A DNA stretch of 64,000 nucleotides from Mobula hypostoma. Taxonomy: Eukaryota. The notes under the pieces are model-generated. The model was not told the DNA's origin. It was given only the letters and a program-made list of their open reading frames with translations, and ran no database searches. Made by a program: the position numbers and the translations under genes. The stretch covers positions 13,826,001-13,890,000 of the forward strand of contig NC_086108.1 of assembly GCF_963921235.1 (NCBI RefSeq), read 5' to 3'. Each line of letters begins with the position of its first letter. Position 1 is the first letter of the stretch. Positions 25,610-37,690 of this stretch are shown piece by piece.

Positions 25610-25799
25610 CAAACACAAGGTAATCTGCAGATGCTGGAATTAGAAGCAACACACATAAAAGTTGCTGGTGAACGCAGCAGGCCAGGCAGCATCTATAGGA
25701 ACAGGTACAGTCGACGTTTCGGGCCAAGACCACTCGTCGACTGTACCTCTTCCTATAGATGCTGCCTGGCCTGCTGCGTTCACCAGCAACTTTTATGTG
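25610..25799. mobile_element. Fold-back insertion derived from Penelope-like pLTR, 13-bp TSD
   Basis: Arms 25652-25716 and 25735-25799; TSD AAAAACTCAAGTG at 25597-25609 and 25800-25812. Confidence 0.92.
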
Positions 25800-25939
25800 A
25801 AAAACTCAAGTGTGTGCATTCCACCTGAGGAATCGAGAAGCAGCTTGGAAACTCAAGATCTTCCGGTGTGGGAAGGAGCTCGAACACCATCCAGATCCAA
25901 TTTACCTGGGTGTGACACTGGATAGGACGCTCTCATTTA

Positions 25940-26565
25940 GATTAGATTATGAAGACACACAGTCCTCTTTTATTGTCATCCAGTAATGCATGCATTAAGA
26001 AATTATACATTATTTCCCCCGGTGTGATATCACAAAACACAGGACAGACCAAGACTGAAAAAGTAACAAAAACCACATAATTATAACATATAGTTACAAC
26101 AGTGCAACAATACCATAACTTGATGAAGAAGTCCATGAGCACAGTAAAGTTCAAAGTTTCTCAAATGTCCCACATCTCACGCAGATGGGAGAAGGAAGAA
26201 AAACTCTCCCTGCCATGCCGACCACAATCCGACTGTGAGTCATCCGAAAAGTTAGAGCTCTGATCAGCTCTCCGACACCGAGTACTGAGTGCCATCTCTG
26301 TCCGAACGATTCGACCTCCTTCTCAGTCACCAAAAGTAGGCAAGGCCAGGGATTTTGAGGCCTACCCTCCGAAAAGATTCCCGACCACACAGTAACGACA
26401 GCAGCGAATGGGCGTTTCAGAAATTTCTCCAGATGTTCCTCTGTGCTTTCATGTCTATCTCCATCAAATCAGAATTGTCCACGGCCCCTATTTAACAGAT
26501 ATGATATCATTTTTCACTGGAGGGCTGCACACACGCAGGTGCGCCGCCATCTTCTCCTCCTGCCT
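25940..26565 (-). mobile_element. Non-autonomous ~625-bp retroposon, copy 2
   Basis: Homologous to 364-987; TSD ATTTA (25935-25939, 26566-26570); removal restores host frame DRTLSF-TTHIQK. Confidence 0.88.
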
Positions 26566-27253
26566 ATTTACCACCCACATCCAAAAACTCCGAGGGAAAG
26601 TTGGCTCTCGCAACTCTCTCTTGAAAAAATTAGCAGGCACGAAATGGGGAGCTAATGCTCACACACAGATCAACTGCCCTAGCACTCTGCTATGCACCTG
26701 CAGAATACTGTGCACCTGTGTGGGGCAGATCAGCCCATGCGAAGAAAATAGACCCATTGCTAACGAAGCCTGCCGAATAATCACAGGCACACCGAGCCCC
26801 ACACCCACTAACATCATTTACAGACTTGCAGGCATCGCTCCCCCAGAGATCCGAAGACACACTACAACAAAAATTGGAAAAGGTAAACAGAACTTGGATC
26901 CATGGCACCCACTACATCATCACGTGCCAGTTTCCAACCACCTAAAATCGAGGAAAAGCTTTGCTACAGTGGAGGAACTACCACACGGAGCATCCCCCTA
27001 AACATACAGAATTGACTTCTGGCAACAAACAGAAGCCAGAACCCTACCAAACAATAGGACGGGAGATAGTATCGTGAAGTGGGGTTTAAAGACCAGTGAA
27101 TCCTGTGAGTGTGGCGAAAGGCTGCAGAACATTGAATATGTTCAGCGCAACTGCCCACTCTCACCTGATTTAGCTGACACTGACCTGCTCAACATCAACC
27201 AAACAACACTAGAGCAGCTGGCTGTCTGGTGTGACAAGCTATGATGATGACAT

Positions 27254-27350
27254 CTGACGAAGGGTTCCGGCCCGAAACATTGACTGATCAATGGATCAGT
27301 CCACGGATGCTGCCCGACCTGCTGAGTTCCTCCAGCGAGTTGTGAGTGTT
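27254..27350 (+). mobile_element. Penelope-like pLTR fragment with degenerate hammerhead
   Basis: CTGACGA AGGGTTCCGGCCC GAAAC ATT GACT then GATGCTGCCCGACCTGCTGAGTTCCTCCAGC. Confidence 0.8.
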
Positions 27351-28762
27351 GCTTCAACAATTACACCAGTGCCTAAGAAGAATACTGTGAGCTGCCTTAA
27401 TGACCATCAAGTAGCACTCACATCGACAGTGATGAAATGCTTTGAGAGGTTGGTCATGACTAGACTGAACTTCTGCCTCAGCAAGGACCTGGACCCACTG
27501 CAGTTAGCCTATCGCCACATAGGTCAATGGCAGATGCAATCTCAATGGCCACCTGGACAACACAAACACCTACATCAGGATGCTGTTCATCAACTAACAC
27601 TCAGCATTTAATCCCATCGTTCCCACAATCCTGAGTTAGAAGTTGCAGAACCTGGGCCTCTGTACCTCCCTCTGCAATTGGATACTCAATTTCCTAACCA
27701 GAAGACCACAGTCTGTGCAGATTGGTGATAACATATCCTCTTTGCTGACGATCAACACTGGCACACCTCAGGGGTGTGTGCTTAGCCCACTGCTCTACTC
27801 TCTGTATACACATGACTGTGTGGCTAGGCATAGCTCAAATATCATCTATAAATTTGCTGATGATACAACCGTTGTTGGTAGAATCTCAGGTGGTGACGAG
27901 AGGGTGTACAGGAGTGAGATATGCCAACTAGTGGAGTGGTGCTGCAACAACACCTGGCACTCAACGTTAGTAAGATGAAAGAACTGATTGTGGACTTCAG
28001 GAAGGGTAAGACGAAGGAACACATACCAATTCTCATAGAGGGATCAGAAGTGGAGAGAGTGAGCAGCTTCAGTTTTCTGTGTGTCAAGATCTCTGAGGAT
28101 CTAACCTGGTCCCAACATATTGATGTAGTTATAAAGGAGGCAAGACAGCAGCTATACTTCATTAGGAGTTTGAAGAGATTTGGCATGTCAACAAATACAC
28201 TCAAAAACTTCTATAGTTGTACCATGGAGAGCATTCTGACAGGCTACATCACTGTCTGGAATGGAGGGGCTACTGCACAGGACTGAAAGAAGATGTAGAA
28301 GGTTGTGAATCTAGTTAGCTCTATCCTGGGTACTATCCTACACAGTACCCAGGACATCTTTAGGGAGCGGTGTCTCAGAAAGACAGCTTCCATTATTAAG
28401 GACCTCTGGCACCCAGAGCATGCCCTTTTCTTACTGTTACCATCAGGTAGGAGGTACAGAAGCCTGAAGACACACGCTTAGTGATTCAGGAACAGCTTCT
28501 TCCCCTCTGTCATCCGATTCCTAAATGGACATTGAATCTTTGGACAATACATCACTTCTTTTGATATATAGTATTTCAGTTATTGCACTTTTTTAATCTA
28601 TTCAATATATGTAATTGATTTACTTGTTTATTTTTATTTATTAATTTTATTTATTATTATTTTTCCCTCTCTGCTGGATTATGTATCGCATTGAACTGCT
28701 GCTGCTAAGTGAACATATTTCACGTCACATGCCAGTGATAATAAACCTGATTCTGATTCTGA
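27350..28762 (+). mobile_element. 5'-truncated Rex1/Babar LINE
   Basis: [20 protein letters not shown]; tail AATAAACCTGATTCTGATTCTGA. Confidence 0.9.
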
Positions 28763-30239
28763 CAATTTACAATGACTAATTAACCTACTGACCAGTATGT
28801 CTTTGGACTGTGGGAGGAAACCCATGCATTTAATGGGGAGAATGTACAAACTCCTTACAGACAGTGCTGGAAATGAACTCCACAGTCCAATGCCCTGAGC
28901 ACTAACCAGTAATCAAAGCATTAATACAATATAGTGATGAGGGTTTTGCCACTTGGTTTAAGAATGAAATGGTTGAAGGGAAGTAGTTGTTCTTGAACCT
29001 TGCGGGGTGCTTCTGTCTCCTGCCTGGTGGCAGCAGTGAGAAGACAGCATGATGGTGGGGATCGTTGATGATCAGTGTTCCTTCCAGAGGCAGGATACAT
29101 ACTACCTATAGTGGGGAGGAACATGCCCGTGATGTATTCAGCCAAATTCACTACTCTCTGCAGCTTCTTATGTTCCTGCACATTTGAATTGCTGTAGCAG
29201 ACCATGATGCAAACAGAGAGACACGAGAGAATACAGATGCTGGAATACGGGGCAACGATGCGCTGGAGGAACTCAGTGGGTCACGCAGCATCCGTGGCGG
29301 AAAAGACCATTTCAGATCAAAACCCTGCATTTGGACCAGGATACTTTCAACAGTGCATCTGCTGGGTTCTGTGACAGCTGAAGCTCCTTGCTCGTAATGA
29401 CGCTGGTGAGCATCTCTCGTCATTGACTGCCCTTCCTCTAAATTGTAACGCTTCATTGTATATTCTGTTACTGCTTTTCCTTGTACCACCTCAATGTACT
29501 GTTGGAATGAAATGATGGCGTGCAAAACGAAGCTTTTCACTATACCTCAGTACATCTGATAATAATAATCCAATTTGCCAATTTGTGAGCCCAGCACAGG
29601 TCAGATATCTTAATGTCCAGGAACTTAAAGCTGCTGACTCTCCATGGTGCATCCCCCAATCTGGACTAGCACACGTTTGCCCTCCCTCCCCTTCCTGAAG
29701 TCAACAAGCAGTTCTTCAGATCTACTGACACTGAAGAAGTTATTTTTATGACGCCACTCAACCAGACGTCCTATCTCACTCTGGTAAACTGGCACGCCAC
29801 CACATGTTGTTCATCTAACAGCAGAGCTGCTGTCCACACCTCACCATCTACAGATTCAGTCACTACTTTGCATCAACACTCCCCCTTTGTTTGTATCCCA
29901 GCAAGTTACATCTCCTTACCCTGTCTGCATGGATCTGTACTTTACAATGCGGCTATCTAATTCCTCTGCCTTTAATCAAAAAGGGATTTTCTCACTTAAT
30001 CCAGGAAAATCTCCGCAATTTTGAAGCAAAGGTTCTGGCTGATTTGGTGGATCTCCCAGGAGGTCTGAAACCTGCATATATTTCAAACGTCGTTCCACTG
30101 AAATCAGGACAGAAAATTGTGAGTACACGTCAGGTCAGGCAGTATTCCTGGAGGGGAAACACCGAGTCAAAGTTTAGATTGATATCCGTTCATTAGCAGC
30201 CAAAACGGAAACAAACAAGCTTGCTGAGATAAAGAGCGG

Positions 30240-32470
30240 CTTATCTGTGATGTGGTGGAGACCAAAGTCATCAGAAGCCTTCTTAAGTGGGAGGGTGAAC
30301 AGCCAGAGGTCATGGTCCATGTAGGTAGCATTAACATGGGTAGACGTGTGACAAGGTTCTGCAGAGGGAGTTTAGGGAGCTGGTGCTAAGTTAAAGGGCT
30401 GGACCTCTTGGGTTGTGATCTCAGGATTGCTACCTCTGCCTCGATTATACAGTTTAATACATGGCTAAGGAGTTGGCGTAGGAGGGAGGGCATAAGATTT
30501 TTGGATCATTGGCCTCTCTTCCAGGAAAGGTGGGACCTGTATTGAAGGGAAGGCTTGCACCTGAACTGGAGGGGGACGAATATCCTAGCGGGAAGGTCTG
30601 TTAATGCTGCATGGTGAGGTTTAAACTAGAGGGATAGGAACCAGAGTGCCAGAACAATTAGTGGAGAGGCTGTGGAGGAAGGTGGTGATAAGACAAAGTT
30701 AGGAATCAAAAGGTTGAGTATGGTGTGACTAGTGTCCTGAGCTGCATATATTTCAATGCCAGATCGTAGGAAAGGCAACTAATAGTGCTAAAGATGAGGT
30801 AGTGGTTTACTAACAGAGGCAATGTGTAGTGAAGAAACTGAAAGGTCTGAAGGTAGATAAGTTAACTGGACCAAATAGTGTACACACCAGAGTTCTGAAA
30901 GAGGTGGCTGAAGAGAGTGTGAAGGCATCAGTAGTGACCTTTCAAGTATCACTAGATTCTGGAATGGTTCCGGAAGACTTTGAAAATTTACCAGGATAGT
31001 TGCTTCATCCTTCAAGAAGGGAGAGAGGCAGAAGAAAAGAAACTATAGGCCAGTTAGTCTGACCTCAGTGGTTGGGAAGATGTTGGAGTTGATTATTGAG
31101 GATGAACTCTCAGGATACCTGGAGGCACATGATAAAATAGGCCATAGTCAACATGGGAAAATTTGTCTGACAAATACGTTGGAATTCTTTGAAGAAATAT
31201 CAAACAGAATACACAAAGGAGAATGTTGTGGATTTTCAAAAGGCCTTTGACAAGGTGCTACACATGAGGCTGCTTAACAAGCTACAGCCCATGGTTTACA
31301 GGAGAGATTCCAGCATGGATAAAGCAGTGGCTGACTGGCAGGAGGCAAAGAGTGGGAATAAAGGGAGCCTGTTTTGGTTGGCTGCCAGTGGCTAGTGATG
31401 TTCTACAGGGGTCTGTGTTGGGACCAATACTTTTTAATGATGTCAGTGATTTGGATGATGGAATTGATGGCTTTGTTGCAAAGTTTGCAAACGATATGAA
31501 GATAGATGGAGAGGCAGGTAATTTTGAGGAAGTAGAGGGACTAAAGAAGGATGGACAGATTAGGAGAAAGGCAAAGATAAGTGAAGGCGCAGGTAGTTTT
31601 GAGGAAAAACAAAGGCTGCAGAAGGACTTAGATTAGGAGAATGGGCAAAGAAATGGCAGATGGAAAAAAGTTTTGGGAAGTGTGTGGTCATTCACTTTGG
31701 AAGAAGAAATGAAAAGGGACACTATTCTCTAAATGGAGAGAAAGTACAAAAAAACTGAGGTGTAAAGGGACTTGGAAGTCCTTGTGCAGGATTCCCTAAA
31801 GGTTAGTTTGCAGGTTGAGTCTGTGGTAAGGAAGGCCAATGCAATGTTAGCATTCATTCCAAGAGGACTAGAATATAAAAGGAAAGATGTAATGTTGAAG
31901 CTTTATAAGGCACTGCTGAGGCCTCACTTGGAGTGTTCTGAGCAGTTTTAGGCCCCTTATCTTAGAAAGAGTGTGCTGAAACTGAAGGAGGTTCATAAAA
32001 ACGATTCCAGGATTGAACAGCTTATCATATGAAGAGTGTTTGATAGCTCTGGGCTTGTATTCACTGGAATTCAGAAGAATGAGGGGTGACCTCATCGAAA
32101 CCTATTGAATGGTGAAAGGCTTTAATAGAGTGGATGTGGAGAGGATGTTTCATATGATGGGGGAATCTAAGACCAGAGGACACAGCCTCAGAATGGAGGC
32201 TTGTCTTTTTAGAACTGAGATGGAGGAATTTCTTTAGCCAGAGAGTGGTGAATCTGTGGAATTCACTGCCATAGGCAGCTGTGGAAGCCAAATCTTTTTG
32301 TATATTTAAGGCAGAGGTTGATAGATTCTTGATTGGTCAGGGCATGAAGGGATACGGGGAGAAGGCAGGAGATTAGTTTGAGAGGAAAACTGGATCAGCC
32401 ATGATGAAATGGTGGAGCAGACTCAATGGGCCAAACGGCCTAATTCTGCTCCTATATCTTATGGTTTTAT
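30240..32470 (+). mobile_element. CR1 LINE with ORF1 SGNH esterase remnant; APE deleted
   Basis: EGEQPEVMVHVGS..GLHLNWRGTNILAG (30290-30600), RT 30780-32380, tail ~32470. Confidence 0.85.
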
Positions 32471-35070
32471 AATAATGATAAATATGGGCCTGAACATCCA
32501 GCAGAATCCTCTGCTGTTCTCCAAAATAACAGTATCAGCTTGGAAAGAAAGTGCCAGGCTCTTGCGCACAGGTTTGTTTATTCTCACTGTGTCTCACATG
32601 ATAGAGAGGCCTCAAGTCATATACACTAGTCATCTTCTTTGATCCTTACCTCCATCTGGTAGGCTGGTCCAAAGATTAAGACACATAAGGTGGATTCGAC
32701 ATTAGCTAGGGCTCAGAAAATAGAGGGTGGTGGTCAAGACTGTAAATCAGGGTGGAGGTCAGTAACCAATAGCGATCTGCAGGGATCAGAGCTGGCACTT
32801 CCGCTGTTTGTGATATAGAAATTATCTCCAGAATATGTAGATGGGCTAATTAATAAATTTGCAGGTAATACCAAAGTTGGTGGAGTTGTGGAAAGTGATG
32901 ACGGATATAGGTTGAGTCGTAGTTCATACAGCACAGAAAAAGACCCTTTGGCCAAACTGTTTCATGCCAACTAAGACGTCATATAAGCTAATCCCATGTG
33001 ACCATGTTTGGCCCACATCCCTCTAAATCTTTCCAATCCATGTATCTACCCAAGTATCTTTTAAATGTTGTTGATGCAGTTCAAGATGGACAGAGAAATA
33101 TCAGACAGGGTATAATCCCGGCATGTGCGAGGTGTTGTACTTTGGAAACTCAAAAATTCTCAAAATTCTATAGCAAAGTGGCATAACCGTTAAATGCATG
33201 AATGCACAAAGGGATTTTGGTGTCCAAGTCCATAGCTTCCTGAAGGTGGCAACACAGGTTAGGTTGGTAACAAAGGCATAGATCGTGCTTACCCTCATTG
33301 ACTGGGGCACTTAAGTATAATAGTTGCAATGTTTAAAAGAGATTTGGACAGGTGTATAGATAAGAAGAGTTTAGAGAGAGGGATATGGGTCAAATGCCGT
33401 CAAATGTGACTAGATCAGTTAGGCTCTTTAGTCAGTATGAACGAGTTGGGCTGAACAGCCCGTCTCTATGCTATTGACTCTACGACTCAATAAGGTTGAA
33501 TCATTTGTTGCTCTGCACTCCTCTCCGAAGAATTTTAATGAATTCCTGCTGATCAGTTTGAAGTCAGATTTATACAGCACAGAAGCGGGTTCTCTCGCCC
33601 ATTATGTCAATGTCCACCCTTCTGCCCATCCCATTAACCCGTATTAAAATTGTACCCTTCTGTGCCTTGCCTATTTAAGTGTCTAAACATTTCTGACATA
33701 CAATTGTACACATCAATCCTCACACACCGACCTCCATGGAAAAGAAGCTCACTTTAGTGATGGAGAAATATTCCAAGGTGATGGACTGAGGAGTGGGGGG
33801 AGGCAAGATGACAGGCAGGTGATGTCAGGTAGAGGTGAGGGGGAGAGACAGAGAAATGAAAAGTACCAGATGAAGCATCAGAGGAAAGTCTGAAGATAGC
33901 AGACATGGCTGCTGGAGGCAGATAAGCAGGAACACCAGTGCAGGATTCGGAAAAGTAAACTCAGTAAGAATGGGAATCAATTGACAATTGGAACCTACAG
34001 GGGCTGGTAGGGGAAGAGTGAACTTTCTGTGAAGTAGAGATTGGAGCCAGGAGGGAAAAGAGATGAAGATGGGTGAAATAGGACTGGGGCAGGGCTGGAG
34101 GAGAGACAAAGATGAGAGGACTATTGGATCAGAAGAGGAGTGGTGGGGAAGGGAGAGAGGTGAAAAAAGGGATGGGGTGTGGGGAAATAACCTAAAATTT
34201 GAAAATTCATGCTGTTGGATGGTAGATACCCAGACAGAATACGAGGTGTTGATACTTCATTTGGTACTGGACTTCATCTTGGCAGCCAAAAAGGCGATGT
34301 TTCCCCACTCCTTCTCCCCTGTCTGGTCCCAAACTGTCATTCACCTCTCCCCTAATAAGACCATAAGACACAGGAACAACCCCATTCTCTTGCCTTCTCC
34401 CTGTAACCTTTGACACCCTGATTAATCAAGAACCTATCAACCTCCACCTTAAATATATGTACTTGGCCTGCACAGGCATCTGTGGCAATGAATTCCATCC
34501 TCTGGCTAAAGAATATTTTTCCCATATCTGTTCTAAATGGACATTCCTCTATTCTGAGGCTGTGCTTTCTGGTCCTTGGCTCCCCGAATATGGGATTCTC
34601 TTCACATCCACTCTATTCAGACCTTTCAATATCCAAAGGGTTTCAAGGATAGTCCCCCCTTATTCCTCTAAACTCAGGCGAATACAGACCCAGAGCCATC
34701 AATTGCTGCTCATATGATAACCCTTTCGCTCCTGGGATCATTCTCGTGAACCTTCTCTAAAGCCAGCACATACTTTCTTAGATAAGTGGTCCCCATCCCC
34801 ATTTCTTTTACTGACCAGAATCCATGACTGGAGCAATTTTTGCGTCACTGATTATTTCCCTCCAGCTGCTGACCTCCACCTCCACCACCCTCCCATCTTA
34901 CTCAATCTGATGTCTCTCCCTCTCCCTTTCTGCCACCATCTATCAGTCTTCAAGCTCCAACATTGATCAGCATGAGCAGTCTGTCCTCTCTGGCTGCAGC
35001 CCTTCTCTTCTCAACTCTCCACTCTCAGTGCGTACAGGGTTTTGACCCATAACATCAACAATTTCTTCCG

Positions 35071-36056
35071 TGCGAAACCCTGCCCAGTTTTCTTGGCTGT
35101 GTAAGTCTAGGGAATACACAGGGCTTGATACGGCTGTCCCATGCCAAACGCCGGTTTGTGTGGATGCTTGTAATTTTCTACCCTGTTACAACTCAGTGCC
35201 AAGAAATAACAGACAGCACACTGCATACGATTAAAAGAATTGTATTTATGAATCTCAACTTAACTTTCTTTTTAAATCTTTTTATTGAGTAAGTATACAA
35301 AAAAGGTAAGCCATATAAACATTAATACAATGTTAAAGTATAATAAAATTCCAAAAGATAACAATACCAAAAAGAAAATACTACAATGTAATTTAAGCAT
35401 AAGAAACCAAGATAACATAATAGTTTACTAAATTTTATATATATCAATGGAAAAAAAGAAAAAAAAAACCCCCCAAAAAAAACCCACCGTGCAACTAACT
35501 AAAAGCAAGGCAAAGCAATGGGCTAACTTGGAACCAAACAGAGTTAAACTTAAAATCATGTCCTCAATCCCGACCTCCATTAAAACAGTGAAAAAAAAAC
35601 AAGAAGGGTAAATATTACATTAAATGAAAATATCGAATAAAAGGTCCCCAAATCTGTTCAAATTTAAATGAAGAATCATAAAGGTTACTTCTAATTTTCT
35701 CCAAATTCAAACATAAAATCGTCTGAATCTCAACTTAACTAAAGGGTTAGTAAAGAAAAGAAAGGAAAAAAGCAAAGGGCCCATCATAATTAAATAGTCA
35801 AACGTGCACAAGTTGGAGCTCAACTCTTCCAAAGGTCAAATTCACTGATCCTCTGTAGACCTCAGCAACTTGCTGCATGGAATCACAGTCCCCCACTGGG
35901 TCAAATCCTATCACTGATTCTCTCCAGCGTCTTCTCTCTTCATCTCCCGCTGAACAAAGGACAAGCTCACATTCCAAAGCACCCATTATCTCTAACCGTA
36001 ACCCAAATACTGTTTCTACAGGAAGACCATTACATTAGCAGTGAAACCTTTAGACA
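35071..36056 (-). mobile_element. Solo LTR related to 23358-24063, interrupted by L1
   Basis: Shares GCATCCACACAAAC, TTCCCTAGAC and a TGAAACC..CA end with the other LTR in reverse orientation; no TSD seen. Confidence 0.6.
35266..35723 (-). mobile_element. 5'-truncated L1 (ORF2 C-terminus + 3'UTR), 17-bp TSD
   Basis: LNLEKIRSNLYDSSFKFEQIWGPFIRYF*, AATAAA plus A-rich end; TSD TGAATCTCAACTTAACT at 35249-35265 and 35724-35740. Confidence 0.9.
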
Positions 36057-37690
36057 GTAAATATTGGCAATGTGAGATGAAGAGGCTTTGAAAGTGAGTC
36101 CATTGGTTGTGAGAACATTTCAATGATGGAGCAAGTGAAGTTAATGAAGTTATCCCTTTTGGTTCAACAGCCTGATGGTTGAGGGGTAATAACTCTTCCT
36201 GAACCTGGTGGTGTGAGGCCTGAGGCTCCTGCACCTCTTTCCTGATGTCAGCAGTGGGAAGGGAGCATGTCCTGGGTGGTGGGGGTCCCTGATGTTGGAT
36301 GCTGCTTTCCTGTGACAATGCTCCATATGGATGTGCTGAATGGTGGGGAAGGCTTTGTCCACAAAGGACCGGGCCATATCCATTACTATTTGTAGGATTT
36401 TCTGTTCAAAGAGCATTAGTGTTTCCACATCAAGCTGTGATGCAGCCAATCAATATACTCTCCGCCCCACCTCTTGAGACATGTGTCAAAGTTTTAGATG
36501 TCATACCAGACCTTCACAAACTCCTAAGGAAGGAGAGGCACTGTTGTGCTTGCTTCGTAATTGCACTTAAATGCTGGACCCAAGGCAGGTCTCTGAAATA
36601 TAACACTAAGGAATTTAAAGTTGCTGACCCTCTCCACCTCTGGTCCTCTGATGAGGACTGGCTCATAGACCTCCGGTCAACTCCTCCGGAAGTCAATAAT
36701 CAGCTCCTTGGTCTTGCTGACGTTGAATAAGAGGTTGTTGTTATGGCACGACTCGGCCAGATTTCCAATCTCCCTCCTGTATGCTGATTCATCACCACCT
36801 TTGATTCGGCCTACAACAGTGGTGTCGTCAACAAACTGGTAACTGGCACAGGACCTATGTTTAGCCTTACAGTCATAAGTGTAAAGGGGGTAGAGCAGGG
36901 GGCTAAGCACACAGCCTTGTGGTGCACCTGTGCTGATGGAGACCATGGAGAGATGTTGTTGTTAATCTGAACTGACTGGGGGCTGCAAATGAGGAAATCA
37001 AGGAACCAACTGCACAAGGAGGTTTTGAGATCAAGGTCTTGAAGATTATTGATTAGTTTTGAGGGGATAGTAATACTAAGCTGTAGTCGATTAAGAACAC
37101 CCTAATGAATGCACCTTTGCTCTCCAAATGTTCTCGGGTTGAGTGAAGAGGCAAAGAGATGGCATCTGCTGTGGACCTGTTGCCCTGGTAGGCAAATTGG
37201 AGTGGATCCAAGTCGCTTCTCAGGCGAGAGTTGATCTGTTTCATCACCATCCCCTCAAAATACTTCTTCACTGTGGCCGTAAGTGTTACTGGACAATAGT
37301 CATTGAGGTAGGTCACCAGAATTGTCTTTGGCACTGGTATAATTGAAGCCTGTATGAAGCAGATGGATACCTCAGACTGCCAAAGTGAGAGGTTAAAGAT
37401 CTCAGTGAACACTGCAGCCAGTTGGTTGGCACAGGTCTTTAGTGTTTGGCCAGGTACCCCGTCTGGCCCAGATGCTTTGTGTGGGTTCACCCTCCCGAAG
37501 AATGTTCGCATATCGACCTCAGAGTCAGAAATCATACATTGGGGGATGTGGGAGTTCGTGACGGTTCCTCCATGTTTTGACAGACAAAGTGAACTTAGAA
37601 GGCATTGAGCTCATCTGGAAATGAAGCCCTATTGTCACCTATGTTGTTCGATTTTACTTTATAAGAGATGATAGCATTCAAGCCTGAAAT
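36057..37690 (-). mobile_element. Rex1/Babar RT fragment
   Basis: ORFs 37053-37535, 36677-36946 ([14 protein letters not shown]), 36150-36449. Confidence 0.9.

Larger units (their letters stand above)
25429..27250 (+). mobile_element. 5'-truncated I-group LINE, Vingi/Ingi-like
   Basis: After removing two inserts reads TNDQP..FICADNLCIA..NPSKTQVCAFHLRNREA..YLGVTLDRTLSF..KLAGTKWGA..ACRIITG..LAGIAPPEIRR; C-terminal CECG..CP; (TGA)n tail; no RNase H seen. Clade assignment from memory. Confidence 0.7.

Noticed and set aside
29290..29340. Further hammerhead-like remnants (also ~12640-12680, ~35025-35060)
   Set aside because: Core CTGANGA and GAAA are destroyed; old pLTR-derived fragments only
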